A DNA stretch of 64,000 nt. Origin: Eledone cirrhosa (taxonomy: Eukaryota). The translations under genes were made by a program, and so were the position numbers. The stretch spans positions 424,638,001 through 424,702,000 of the forward strand of contig OZ024740.1 in NCBI GenBank assembly GCA_964016885.1. The letters run 5' to 3'. This document shows, piece by piece, positions 28,109-41,109 of this stretch. Within the stretch, counting starts at the first letter, position 1. The number at the start of each line of letters is the position of its first letter. Below the pieces are notes generated by a model. That model made no database searches and had not been told where the DNA came from. It saw only the letters and a list, made by a program, of their open reading frames with translations.

Positions 28109-28357
28109 GTCGGTTCATTTATTGGCCGACATATAGGGGACAATACAAAAGACTGGGACAGTGGGGTTTTACAGAAAAATCGAGTAAACAATATGAATCA
28201 GAATAACAAAGTAACAATAAAATTACAACAAGAAAACATTCTACAATAGGGGGAATGACCACCCAGGGTTCGCCCTGGTACCCCACCAATCCTGAACGAC
28301 CCGACGCTTCGAGAGCACTCTGGAAGAGCACCCCCTCTCCTCCTCAAATTTACCTAC

Positions 28358-31315
28358 CTACAGCCGCATAAACAGAGTAGGCCCACTCAGACGGGCCATT
28401 CTCGGCACATTCATCCACCATTCAGCAAATGTACTGGGGGAGCACTTCTCTCTCCACCCTCACCTTCCTTTCCAAGTGAAACTTGAAAAAGTTGATGAGG
28501 GATTGCCGAAGAGAAAAGTGTCTGTCTTCAGTCCTTTCAACCTCTAATCGACCACTAATCCTCTATAGAACTCGAGAGTGGAAGTGCCACTGACCGCATT
28601 CCCGCCTGGTAGAGGGCAGTGAGTGCCTGGCAACATTCCAGATGCCAGTCACCCAGTCTCGGTCTGTCTTGACCCAGGACTGCAGCTCAGTCAAAGAAAC
28701 GAGCTGCGGAAAGGCCCGTCTGACAAACGGCGACCACACCTGTTCACCATTTAGGCAGAATATCTAGAGATGACGCAGCCTCAGCGCGTGCCTGCGTATC
28801 ATTAGCCACGGCATGCCCAGCCCTCCACGTAGAGGGTGCTGGCAGCAGATGGACCGCCTCACCAGCGGAACCTGACCCCTCCACAAGAATTTGAAGAGGA
28901 GCCGCTCCAAGATGGCGAGGCGCGAACGGGGGCAAAAGACGACGGTCAGACGGTAGTAGATGACGGACGCGATGTACGCGTTCACCACCTCCGCCCGACC
29001 TTTCAGTGATAGCTTCATCCCAGCCCATTTCTGGGTGAGACTGGCTACCCTGCCCGTCACCTCGTCCCAATTCTTATCCACCTGGAGGTCTGGCTCGAAC
29101 CAAACCCCGAGCAACTTTACCGGTCCGTCCGTCCAGCGCCTAACGACGCTGTTGGACGGCATGGCTTTGCCTCTCTAGGTGCCGAGTTGCAAGCCCACCG
29201 ACTTTTCCGGGTTAAGTTTTGCTCCCGTCAACCTTCCATATTCCTCCAATAAGTTACCGACGACCTCGATTTCAGAGGTGTCCGACACCATCACGGTGAT
29301 GTCGTCCGCATAAGCCGACACAGCCTTTCCGCGTCCCGGTTGGAGCGGGATGCCCTGCAACAGCTCCAGCTTCCGCAGTAAAGGCTCGAGAGTCAATACG
29401 TACAGAAGGGAAGAGAGAGGGCACCTTTGACACACCGATCGGGAGACCTGAAACGGTTCCGAGAGGTGGCCATTTTGACCATCGAGCAGGTGCCGCTGTG
29501 CATTGCAGCGATCCAGCTTCTGAAGACGGGGCCGAAGCCAGCCGCCTTGAGGACAGCTTCCAGGTACCGATGGTCGACCCTATCGAATGCTTTCGATCGA
29601 TCTAAATTGATCAGAGCCCCACCGAAACCAGGTTTACACCCTACCCTCTCTATGATGTATCGCATTAGATGGTGGTTGTCGTGTATGGACCTGGTTGGGA
29701 TTGCGCAAGTTTGCGCCAACCTCTTCACTAACACCCTGGTCAAAATCTTAAACTCTGTGTTGAGCAGAGTTATGGGCCTGAAATTGTCTAATGTGTCCTT
29801 CTTGTTCTCGTCTTTCCTTATCAGCGTCACTACGCCCCGGCTCACAGAACTGGGAATACTCCCGTTTTGCTGCCAGTTTCAGTAGAAGGCTTCGAGGAGA
29901 TTGGAGAACAAGTCTGGCATATTTACGTAAAGCTCGTAGGGCAGACCATCCAAACCGGGTGACTTGCGCCTCATGCAGCCGACAAGGGCATCCTGAATCT
30001 CGGCTGAAGTAATTGGCCTTTCGCAGCGCCCAGCGTCAGCCGTCGAGATTTGCAGCAAGCCATCGAGGTAGGGACTGAAGTCCGCCACCATCTCTGACCG
30101 GCCACTTCCCCCGAGCAACCGAACAAAATGTTGGCGAAAGGCCTCACACATCCGCTTGGAATCGCTCAGCTCGTGTCCGTCTCGGTCCGTCAAAGTCCGA
30201 ATCGTGGTTTTATTACCACGCTGCGCCTCTGCCACGCGGGCCCATCGAACAGCTTTGGTTCCGTCGTTTCTCAGAGCACGCGCCTTAGCTCTGACAATGC
30301 AACCTTCGAGTTTCGCATTGAAGAAATGGTCTAATGCCATTCTCGCCGCTAACCAATAGTCTCGTCTAACTTACCTACCAACTTCCCCTCCTTTCTATTT
30401 TTCTCTAACGCTACTTCTTTGCTAAACTCTATCGAAGTTACTCTAATCTCTCTTTTGAGAGCCCCCCCCCCCCCACCATCTATTGTTGACGACTCCCCCT
30501 GTCAACTTTTTCTTAACTAAATTGTTGACCTGGTCCCTGAAAGCCTTACGTGCCGGAAATGACATGTTTAGCTTCCAGTAACCAGGTACTAACCTACGCG
30601 TCTTATCTAGGTCGACCATACAGATCACAAACTTGTGATCTGAATAGGCGACCGTTTCAAAACGTGGACAGCTTACACTATTTCTGTCTATTTTCCTAAT
30701 GAATATCCTGTCTATATACGATCTAGATGACCTTATGCGGTTAGCCCAGGTCCACACAGGCGCATTAGGGAAATCTAGTCGGTACCTGTCAGACAGTTGG
30801 AACTGGCTGATCAGGTTCTTGAGGCTTTTGCACCCCCCGCTCCTATCGGATACTCCCACACAGTCCCAGCGTGCGTCTAAGATGCCGTTCCAGTCCTCTG
30901 CTAACAGTAAAAGGCGAGACGTACCCAGAAAGGCTTCCAGGCGTCTAAAGAAGTCCGGCCGTCCTGCCCCAGTAGGAGCATAGACGGCCACCAGTCTAAA
31001 GGCACCACCTTCGTTATTGTTCACGTCCAGGACCACCAACTTCCCGTCCGGGTCCCGGAAGATCGACCTTACCTCGAGATCCAGGCCTTTCCTAAACAGC
31101 ACTTCCACCCCGCCTCCCATTCCCGGCCGGCTAACAGATGCAAAGATCTGATAGTCGTTGAAAATGGGGGCTAGTGCGCGCGTGTCGGAAATCCTGGTCT
31201 CGCTGACGGCAATTACATCCATTTCTAGAGACCTGAGGTCGTTGAGCAGGTGACCCTGCTTCCAGGAATATCCCAGGCCTTGAACATTTAAACATCCTAC
31301 TCTTAATACGGCCAT
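28358..31315 (-). pseudogene. Tx1 ORF2 pseudogene (APE endonuclease plus RT), frameshifted, C-terminal zinc finger deleted
   Basis: GCLNVQGL, SETR, SYIDR, SDHK, KSPGLDG, FRPITLLN, KAFDRV and YADD across ORFs 30443-31315, 29879-30340, 29393-29845, 29175-29435 and 28764-29162; ends RMARLSGPTLFMRL*. Confidence 0.9.
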
Positions 31316-31347
31316 GTTGGCAGGTTGAAAAGAGAGAGAGGAAAGGT

Positions 31348-33280
31348 CTACTTACCTTCCGGTCTCTTGTGAAGGTCGGGTTGTTCGACCTCCATAGTTG
31401 GTGGGCTTTCTTTTGGGAACCCCTTTAAAAGTCTTCGAGTGGGTTTTACGTTCGGGGTTCCCACCTCCCGAGGAAAGCTGTCTCGTATTTCTTTGAATAT
31501 GTCCAGCGACATTCGCACCAGAACCGAATCTTCCAGCACGCGAAATGTGCTCGATTTAAACATTTCCCCCTCTTTTTGTATATTTTCACTTCGTGCTACG
31601 AGGACCATCAGTTCCTTGTTGGCCCTCCTGACGAGAACGAAGTTTTGTATGTTTTGTTGGTGTGATTTTATTTGTTTGCGTAGCTGTGGTGGTGATGGTT
31701 TTGGTGGTGTTGTTTCGGTTGTGTCTGTGTTTGTTGTGAGTGCGGTGTCTGTGGTTTCAGATGTTTGTGTGTATATTTGTTCTTGCGTCTGTTTAGGTTG
31801 TTTGCGTTTCGGGGATTATGGTGATGGTGATGGTGATGGTGGTGTTGATGTTGGTGTTATTGGAGAGATGTTTGCGTGGGTGGTGTCTGAGTTTTTTTAT
31901 TGTGGGTGATTTTGTGCTTTGTTGAGTTTTTTTTTTTCTTTTTGTGTTTCCTCTTTTGGGATTTTGGGGGATTTTGGTTTTCCCTCATCTTCACTACTGG
32001 TAGATGAGGGGTCTGTGTCTGTAAGTCTGTCTGTATGTATATTTATGGTTTTATTGGTGTGTATATTTTTGCGGGGAGGGGGAATTTGACAGCTTTCCTC
32101 ATTTCCCCCCTGGGTGGTCAATGTTGGTGGTGGTCTTCTATTGGTGTTGTTGTTGGTGGTTTTGCCGGTGCTGGTGTTGGTTGTGGTCCTCGCCCCGGCG
32201 TCGGCAGCAGTGGAGCCTTTCGACCCCTTGCCTCTTTCAGCAGTTGAGGGCAGAAGGCTCGCAAATGGGTTTTTTCCCCACAAACAAAACACTGCGGCCT
32301 TTTGCCTTTGGTCATATTGTGAATGACCGTCTCATTCTGAAGGCGGATGTGGTCCGGGATTGTCTTCACATTCTCGGGCCTGATCTGGAGAAGGATCTCC
32401 AGGTCAACCCCGGACCAATTCTCTCTGGCCGTTCTGGTCACTTCTATAGGGACGGTATCCGTCCCTTCCACAATCACACATCCCAGAAGCCACCACATGT
32501 CAAGTCCTGGTGGGATTCTGGGAATGCGGAGACGGGCCGTCATTTTCCCATGTGGGAGGGGTACATTAAGACGTTGCTGGTTTTGCAAGGAGTCATAGCG
32601 TGTTTCATAGCGAGGGCTTCTGACTTGAACAACACCGAAATGGTGCCGTACTGTCTGCCCCTCTCTATGTATTCGGTGTTTTCTCTGATGAACCTCAGCG
32701 CGACTTCGACATCTTCTTGTGGGATTAAAGCTGCCCTTTTGGTTTTTGCTGAGATGCATCTATAATGCACCGTTCTGCGCTCCACTGCCTCAATAGCTTC
32801 TACCGGGACAGTTAAGTTGGCCCAGGTTTCCTCTTGCTTGGGCCAACTTTTCTCTGTTTGAGAGGTCCATGTTGAAGCATGGCCTCTTTTTTGCTGCTGC
32901 CGCAGCGAAAGTGTTCTTCTTGTTTTCGTTGGGGGTGTTGTTGTCGTTGTCGTTGTTCTTGTTGGTGTTGTTATCACTGTCGCTGTTATCATTGTTGTCT
33001 TTGTTGTCACCGTTGTTCTCGGTGCAGTTGGTATTGTTGCTGTTGGTGTTGTCGCTATTAGTTTTCATGTTAGTGTTGTTGATATTGTTGTTGCATTTGT
33101 CATTTTTTTTTTGTTATCTGTATTTTCGTTGTCGCTGTTACTGTCATTTTTTTCAAAACTAGAGTTCTCATTGGTATCATTGGTGTCTTTGTTTACCTTG
33201 TTTGTGGTGGTGTTTGTGTTATCAATGGGTGTTAATTTCGCTGTAGCGCTCCTCTCAACTTCTACGTCGTTGTGGCACAA
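31348..33280 (-). pseudogene. Tx1 ORF1 (gag-like) pseudogene
   Basis: Asn/Thr-rich N-terminus, CCHC knuckle, Pro/Thr-rich tail; several frameshifts. Confidence 0.75.
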
Positions 33281-33895
33281 CAGCAGACATATCGGGGGGT
33301 GCTCAGCTTTTTTTTTTCTCCGTAAATTTTAAAAAATGTAATAAAAGTTCAAATATTTGGGCCAAAAGGCCCAAATATTATACTTTCCCCTTCACGGGGC
33401 AAAGTCTAAGGGCTTATATCCCTTACACAACAAGAAATATTTAACAACAAATAATTTAAACAGGCAAGTGAAGCGACTTACTGGGAGCCAGCAAAATACG
33501 TCCGATTAGACCAATAATAATAATAATAATATAATGATATAGATATATATAGATACACAATTATATAGAGAGATTATATATACATACACAATGATATAGA
33601 TATATATAATGATACAGATAGATAGATATATATACATACACAATGATATAGATATAGATATATATAATGATATAGATAGATTTCTTTATTTACCATAAAG
33701 GCATAAAAAGAAGGGACAAATACAAAGGGGGAGTTTACATATAATCGAGTAAAAAGGGTGTAACATGAAAATAATCGAAAATAACCTCAAAAGGGAGGGG
33801 ACGTGATGGGGGTTGCACACACCCCCGAAAAAGTGTGCAATCCTTTGCCCGGGGAGCACATGGAGAAGGTGTTCCCCTCTCCTTTACTTCTTTAC

Positions 33896-36800
33896 CTACA
33901 GGATGGTATACAGAGAAGGCCCATTTACACGAGCCATTCTCGCCACTATCACCCACCTTTCATAAAACTGCCTGTGGCCAAGCACCTCTCTCTCCATTCT
34001 TATCCTTCTTCCGAAGTGATATCGGAAGAAGTAGACCAGACTATGGCCAGAGAGGAAGTTGCCTGACCTCAGACCTTTCAATCGTGTCCACCAAACAACC
34101 TCTTTCAACATGGCTATTACGCACAGAAAAACCGCCTTTGCTTCCTTTGTGAAGAGGGGAGGCGGTTTGATTGTCATCACGGACTCGGCGGTCAATTTAA
34201 TCGGCGCCACCCGCGACAGCAGTTGTTCGGCGTAGCCCCACAGATCAGCCACGCCCGGACATTGCACCAATGCGTGCGCCACGGTTTCTTCGTGACGCAC
34301 GCATCTAGGGCAAATCTTTTTTGAGGGATCCCTGCCCGGGCGCCCGTGTCTGTAGAGCCTCTCTCGAACGGGTAGAGCCCCTCGGTAGCACTGCCAGGCC
34401 AGTGACTTCTGGAAGTTGTCCATTGGTCCTGGGCCGAAAGTCCTACCGAACAGGCTGGCCAGTTCGTCTTCTTCCATGTCCAGCGACTCTCCAAGGGTGT
34501 CATCGCCCCTGCTAGCCACCAGCCCTCTATAGAATGATGAGGTGGATTCTCCACCGATGGCCCGGCCCGCTTGCCAGAGAGCCCTGAGCGCCTGAGCACA
34601 CTCAGTGTGCCAGTCTCCCAGTTTTCCGGATCTTTGCTTGACCCAGGACTGTAGCTCGGTGAGTGAGACGAGTCTCGGAAAGGCTCGTTTCACGAACGGA
34701 GCCCACACCGGTTGACCAGTGAGGAATACCTGTAGGTGCCGTAGCCTTAATGCGTGCCTACGCATCATCAACCACGGCATCCCCAGCCCTCCTTTCGAAG
34801 GTTGTTGGCAGCAGATGGATCTTCTCACCATAGGAGGACGCTTCTTCCAAAGAAATTGGAAGAGCATGCGTTCCATGGTGGTGAGTGTTTCCTTAGGGCA
34901 AGGCACGACAGTCAGGCGGTAGTAAGTGACGGACGCTATGTAAATGTTCGCCACCTCCGCCCGGCCTTTTAGGGACAGCTTACACTTGGCCCATTTCTGG
35001 GTTAGTGCAAACACCTTGTTCGTAACCTCGTTCCAGTTCTTTTCCACCTGGAGGTCCGGTCCAAACCAGACCCCAAGCAACTTTACCGGGCCCTCCGTCC
35101 AGTGTCCGACGACACCGTCAGGAGGCATCGGTTTGCCTCTCCACGTTCCGAGTTGCAGCCCGATGGATTTTTCCCGGTTCAGTTTCGCTCCTGACAACCT
35201 TTCGTACTCCTCCAGTAAGGTACCGATCGCCTCGATCTCCGAGTCGGTTGATACCATTACTGTTACGTCATCGGCGTAGGCCGACACCGCTTTGCTCAAT
35301 CCTGGTTCCAGGGGGATACCCTGCAACAACTCCAACTTCCTCAGTAAAGGCTCGAGAGTCAATACGTACAGAAGGGAGGAGAGAGGGCACCCCTGTCGAA
35401 TGGATCGTGTGATTTCGAACGGCTTCGAAAGGTAGCCGTTCACCTTGATCCTAGAACAGATGTGGTTGCTATGTAGGGCAGTGATCCAGCCTCTGAAAAC
35501 AGGACCGAATCCAGCCGCCGCTAGCACCGCATCCAGGTAACCATGGTCGACCCTATCGAAGGCCTTAGACTGATCCAAGTTGATCAGGGCCCCACCGAAG
35601 CCGGGTTTGTTGCCAACCCTCTCTATGATGTATCGCATGAGGTGGAGGTTATCGTGAATGGACCTGGATGGGATAGCACATGTCTGCGCATCTCCCACCA
35701 GGCCACCCACGACAAGCGCCAACCTCTTTGCTAACACCTTGGCCAAAATCTTTAACTCTGTGTTTAGCAGGGTTATGGGCCGAAAATTATTTATACTATC
35801 CCCCTTGTTCTCGTCCTTCCTCACCAGCGTGACTACGCCCTTGGCTACAGAACAAGGAATTCTCCCGTTCTGCTGCCAATTGCAGTAGACCGCTTCGAGG
35901 AGTTCGGAGAAGAAGACCGGCATTGCTAAATAAAGTTCGTAAGGTATACCATCGAGACCTGGAGATTTGCGTCTGCTGCATTGGCTCAGCGCATCTCCGA
36001 TCTCATCAGCCGAGATTGGTCCCTCGCAGGACTCTGCCTCTTTGTTCGAGAGACGCGGCAGGCCGTCGAGGTATGGACCGAAATCCACGCCCCGGCCCGG
36101 ACCCTCGCCTCCCCCGAACAATCGGGCAAAGTGCTTTTGAAAGGCCTCGCACATCTGCTTAGGCTCCCGGATCACTCGTCCATCTTCGTCTTGCAACGAC
36201 CGGATGGTGGATCGATTTCCACTTTTAGCTTCTGTCACGCGGGCCCATCCAACGGCTTTGGCCCCCTCATTACCTAGAGCACGTATTTTACTTCGAATGA
36301 CGCAGCCTTCATGCTTTGCATCGAAAAACTGGTTCAAGGCCGTCCTCGATGCCAGCACTCTGGCCACATCTTCGCTCTTGATTGCCTCTTCTAATTTACC
36401 TGTTAATTCTTTCTCGTTTCTATTCCTATTGGCAGCTAACATCTTGCTATAACTTATTGATTCTGTTCTAATCTCTCTTTTGAGAGATGCCCACCATCGG
36501 TTGTTGACGATTGCACCCGTCAACCTCTCCTTAACTAATCTGCTAATCCGGTTTCTGTAAGTCTCTTTTGCCGGTAAAGACAAATTAAGTTTCCAGTAAC
36601 CGGGACCCTGTCTATGTGTTTTCTCGAGATTGACCACGCAGGTCACTAATTTGTGATCCGTGTAGCCAACCGTGCGCATTTCTGGACAGCTTAATATGTC
36701 CCTATCCTTACTTCTAACTAAGAATCTATCTAAGTACGATCTAGATTGACCACTGTGGTTTCTCCAAGTCCAGGTAGGCACAGTTGGAAAATCTAGTCGA

Positions 36801-37333
36801 TATCTATCGACCAAGTTAAAACGGTCGAGTAACCCCTTGAGGCTGTTACACCCCCCTCTATTAGGACATGCTCCTGCATAGTCCCAACGTGCATCTAGGA
36901 TGTCATTCCAATCCCCCGCTAGAAGCAGGGAACGCGACGTTCCCAGAAAAGTCTCCAAACGCTGGAAGAAGTCGGGCCGTTCAGCTCCGAAAGGGGAGTA
37001 GACGGCGACCAGTCTCAAGGCCGCACTTTCACTACTGCCAACGTCTAGCACCAACAAACGACCCTCCGGGTCCGAGTGCACAACCTGTACGGCAAGACCC
37101 AGGTGTTTTTGCAGTAGCACGACAACCCCACCCCCACCTCCAGGTTGACAGAGAGATGCATGCACCTCAAAGTCATCGAAGGTGGGGGCCAGCTGCCGCA
37201 TGACGCTGATTCGAGTCTCACAGATAACCATTACATTTATACTACATGACCTGAGGTCATTTAGAAGCTTTGCTTGCTTCCAAGTTGAGCCCAGGCCACG
37301 TGCATTCAAACATCCTACTCTTAACACATCCAT
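33896..37333 (-). CDS. LINE ORF2: apurinic-like endonuclease, reverse transcriptase, C-terminal CCHC finger (1145 aa, intact)
   Basis: GCLNARGL, ICETR, LAGDWN, SYLDRF, TDHK; KSPGLDG, FRPITLLN, LDQSKAFDRV, IRQGCPLS, YADD, KLLGV; CPRC..ETVAHALVQC. Confidence 0.97.
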   Translation of the reverse strand: MDVLRVGCLNARGLGSTWKQAKLLNDLRSCSINVMVICETRISVMRQLAPTFDDFEVHASLCQPGGGGGVVVLLQKHLGLAVQVVHSDPEGRLLVLDVGSSESAALRLVAVYSPFGAERPDFFQRLETFLGTSRSLLLAGDWNDILDARWDYAGACPNRGGCNSLKGLLDRFNLVDRYRLDFPTVPTWTWRNHSGQSRSYLDRFLVRSKDRDILSCPEMRTVGYTDHKLVTCVVNLEKTHRQGPGYWKLNLSLPAKETYRNRISRLVKERLTGAIVNNRWWASLKREIRTESISYSKMLAANRNRNEKELTGKLEEAIKSEDVARVLASRTALNQFFDAKHEGCVIRSKIRALGNEGAKAVGWARVTEAKSGNRSTIRSLQDEDGRVIREPKQMCEAFQKHFARLFGGGEGPGRGVDFGPYLDGLPRLSNKEAESCEGPISADEIGDALSQCSRRKSPGLDGIPYELYLAMPVFFSELLEAVYCNWQQNGRIPCSVAKGVVTLVRKDENKGDSINNFRPITLLNTELKILAKVLAKRLALVVGGLVGDAQTCAIPSRSIHDNLHLMRYIIERVGNKPGFGGALINLDQSKAFDRVDHGYLDAVLAAAGFGPVFRGWITALHSNHICSRIKVNGYLSKPFEITRSIRQGCPLSSLLYVLTLEPLLRKLELLQGIPLEPGLSKAVSAYADDVTVMVSTDSEIEAIGTLLEEYERLSGAKLNREKSIGLQLGTWRGKPMPPDGVVGHWTEGPVKLLGVWFGPDLQVEKNWNEVTNKVFALTQKWAKCKLSLKGRAEVANIYIASVTYYRLTVVPCPKETLTTMERMLFQFLWKKRPPMVRRSICCQQPSKGGLGMPWLMMRRHALRLRHLQVFLTGQPVWAPFVKRAFPRLVSLTELQSWVKQRSGKLGDWHTECAQALRALWQAGRAIGGESTSSFYRGLVASRGDDTLGESLDMEEDELASLFGRTFGPGPMDNFQKSLAWQCYRGALPVRERLYRHGRPGRDPSKKICPRCVRHEETVAHALVQCPGVADLWGYAEQLLSRVAPIKLTAESVMTIKPPPLFTKEAKAVFLCVIAMLKEVVWWTRLKGLRSGNFLSGHSLVYFFRYHFGRRIRMEREVLGHRQFYERWVIVARMARVNGPSLYTIL

Positions 37334-37366
37334 GTGGGCGGCAGAGCCAAAGGAGAGTGTAGAGAC

Positions 37367-39247
37367 CTACCTTTCCGCTTCCCGGGGTTCGGGTTGCACG
37401 ACTTCCATGGGGTCGGGGGTGTTGGGTGAAGGGGTGTCTTGTGGTGGTGTGGGGTCGTCGGTGTGTGGTGGGGTTGGGGTGTTTGGAGTTGTGTTGGGGA
37501 GGGGAAGGGGAGGGGGAAAGCTTTTTAGTAGGACGCGGTTTATGGGTTTGACAGAGGGTGGTCCTACGTCCTCCTTAAAATCCTTTTTTAGTTTTTGGTA
37601 GAGGTTCATTGGGATTTTTATTAGTTTTAAATGTGGGTGGTTTTCTGATGAAACAAAGTTTACACCTTCGGTTTGTACCGAAGGATTATTGTATATGAGT
37701 TCATTTAATTTATTATTGTTTCTGTTGATGTAAGTATAGTGTAATGTCTTTTTTTCCGATGGTGTGAGTGTTTCGAAGAGGGGAGGGGCAGGTTTGGTTT
37801 TGTTTGTTGCTGGAGGGGTGTTTTCTGTTTTGTTAGATTGTGTTGCGATTTGGGTGGGGGTTGTTTGTCCTTGTGTGTTTTGCACATGTTTTCTTTTTTT
37901 TCCTTTTAATCTGTCTGAAGGACTCCGTTTCTTCCTCCGAATTCGTTGGGTTATCTTCAGTGTTGGAGGGAAGAGGTATGTTTGCTGGTAATGTTTCCGT
38001 GTTGGTTTTCTTTGTGGGGGAGATGGATGTCACTATGTTAGACTGTGTTGTGTGTTGTGTCTGCGGTGGTTGTGTTGTTTTATTGAGTGAGAGGTTGGGT
38101 GGGCCTGTATTTTGTTTTGGGGTAATGTGTTGTGACTGTTTGTGTTGTGGTGGTGTTGTGGTGTTACTGAGGGACGGGTTGGGTGGGACTGAGTTTTGTT
38201 GTTTGTTTATCTGTTGTGGTGGTGGTGGTGGAGCTGGTGTTGGTAGCAGGGTTTTCTTTTTGTTGAGTTGGGGACAAGCGGCCTTCAGGTGCCCTCTGCC
38301 TGCACAGATATGGCAGGACGGCCTTCTCCCCTCCACGCTAATGTTTATATACCCGTGGTCCTCTAATAGGATTCTGTCGGGTATTTGGGCGATGCGTTCA
38401 GGCTTCATTTGTACTACCAGCTCTATACCTGTTCCACTGAACGCATTGCCTGTGGTTTTCCCAATGGAAATCACGTTGTCATTCACTGGATCGATGAAGC
38501 CAGCTATGAGCCAGCAGTAGTCCACATCTGGCATCATTGCATCCAGCCATATGCGTTGAGTTTTTTTCCCCATATAAGATGGATAAAAGGTGAAATTTTT
38601 CGAACGAATCGGTGACAAAGCACATTTTTTTGCCGCCGATTCGTTCTTCATGATAATTGCTAGGCTTCCATACAGTCTGTCTTTTCTTATGAAAGTTGTT
38701 TCATTCAGTACTTCTGCGAGTACTGTTTTGATATCTGCTTGAGAAGGCTGTTCAGGTTTTTTGTACTGTTGTTGATGGTCCGAAACTTGACCGTTCGGCT
38801 TTCAATGTCTTTCGTGAATTCTTGAGGCATTTTTACCAATAAAATACCATTCTCACCTTCACTTATGTATTGTTTTGCGTCCGTGATCCTTCGTACCACA
38901 TCTGAAATGTTTTCCGCTATATAAGTCAAAGATTTCTTTGTTTTCTGTGCAAAAGAAATCTTGTCGTCTGCTTTGTTTTCTGATATTATGTTATTTTCAA
39001 CTGTTATTTTTTTGTTTGTTGTGTCTTTGTTTGTGTTATTAGTATTGTCATGCAATTTTTCAAATTTTTTTTTTCCGTTGTTTTCGTCATTTAATTTTTT
39101 TTCCTCCGCAGATTCGTCCGTTTTTATTTTCATTTTTCCTTCCTTCTCTATGACGTTAGTTGGGAAGGAAGGGAGGACTAAAGCGTGCGAGCTTACAACT
39201 CTTACCGCTGTCCCCCCACCACTATTTTCGTTCGCTGCGTTTAACAT
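37367..39247 (-). pseudogene. Tx1 ORF1 (gag-like, CCHC knuckle), split by two apparent frameshifts
   Basis: ORFs 38705-39247, 37833-38651 (CHICAGRGHLKAAC) and 37367-37885. Confidence 0.8.
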
Positions 39248-39694
39248 TTCTGTTAGACGATTGAAATTTTTTACACAAAATTTTTTAAAACAGGTTTTTC
39301 ACCTCTAGGAGGGGTAAAGATGAGCTGACCCACCGCCTGACAGTTCAGACGGAGGGTCAAGCTACACAATTGTATCAAAATTAAGTTTGAACTCACAAAA
39401 TTTCCTCAATAAATTTGAACAAAACTTCTGTGCGAAGTGAATGACATCCACACTGTAGAACAGACGACAGCTAGATTCTATAATGATATAGATAGATAGA
39501 TAGATATACATACACAATGATATAGATATAGATATATATAATGATATATATAATGATATATATATTTATTAAAATATATATATATATAATCTGTTATTTT
39601 CATAAATATTTGCTCTACGGTTCTTATATATGTGATATATATTTATCCTTATCGAGCCCTCTTTGGATATATATATATACATATATACATACAC

Positions 39695-39742
<48 letters not shown>

Positions 39743-39808
39743 CTATCTATATATATATATATATGTATATATATCTATCTATATATATATATATATATAT
39801 ACATACAC

Positions 39809-39878
<70 letters not shown>

Positions 39879-39952
39879 TTCGTTTCTGAATTTGTTTAGC
39901 AACATGACCCTCCCAAAGCATAACAATATATATATATATATATGTATATATG

Positions 39953-40076
<124 letters not shown>

Positions 40077-40244
40077 TAAGCATATAAAGGTATTTACACT
40101 ACTCCATCGTACGAAGATTTAAAAAACTCCGTATTCAACAGAAGCAGAATTTATCCCAAATTCAATTCCCACCTTACATAGGCAACTATATCATATATAA
40201 TTCACTACATACATCTGAGCTGTGTGTATATATGTTTACCTTTG

Positions 40245-40302
<58 letters not shown>

Positions 40303-40653
40303 GTGTGTTAGTTTGTGAGTTTGTGCGTGTACATGGGTGTTTGTATATATCTATAAATTTATATACAAACACACATATATTCGTATTTAAATATTCTAGT
40401 AAATATATACAAATATATATACGCCTATATGTGTATACGTATATGTGTGTTTGCATGCATATATGTATATGTACGTGCTGGTATTATGTCTGTATAAATA
40501 AGTTGTACATATACATGCAAATATATTGTCTCAGGGTGTCTGTGTGTTTAGATGTGGTTTTAAACAATCCCTCTGTTGTGAAGAAATATCCTCTCTTTTC
40601 TGTAGACACACCCAGCTCTGCTCTCTGTATATATTTAATAAGTGTATATATAT

Positions 40654-40778
<125 letters not shown>

Positions 40779-40849
40779 TGAATGTATGCATGTGTTTTCA
40801 TGTATGTATGTATATATATATATGTATGTAAGTATATAAGTATGTACAG

Positions 40850-40883
<34 letters not shown>

Positions 40884-41005
40884 TGTATGTATGTATGTAT
40901 GTATGTATGTATGTATGTATGTACGTGTATAAGTATGTATATATATGTATGTGTATATGTATGTATGTGTGTATGTATGTATATATATATGTATGTATGT
41001 ATATG

Positions 41006-41037
<32 letters not shown>

Positions 41038-41071
41038 AGTATATATGTATATATATATGTATATACGTATG

Positions 41072-41109
<38 letters not shown>

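Larger units (their letters stand above)
28113..33510 (-). mobile_element. Tx1/L1-type LINE, near full length, decayed (element 1)
   Basis: ORF1 fragments with CFVCGEKTHLRAFC knuckle; ORF2 fragments with APE and RT motifs; AATAAA at the 3' end (about 28118). Confidence 0.9.
33681..39478 (-). mobile_element. Full-length Tx1/L1-type LINE (element 2), about 5.8 kb
   Basis: 5' UTR, ORF1, intact ORF2, 3' UTR with AATAAA; candidate TSD tataatgatatagataga at 33663-33680 and 39479-39496 inside a minisatellite. Confidence 0.92.
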
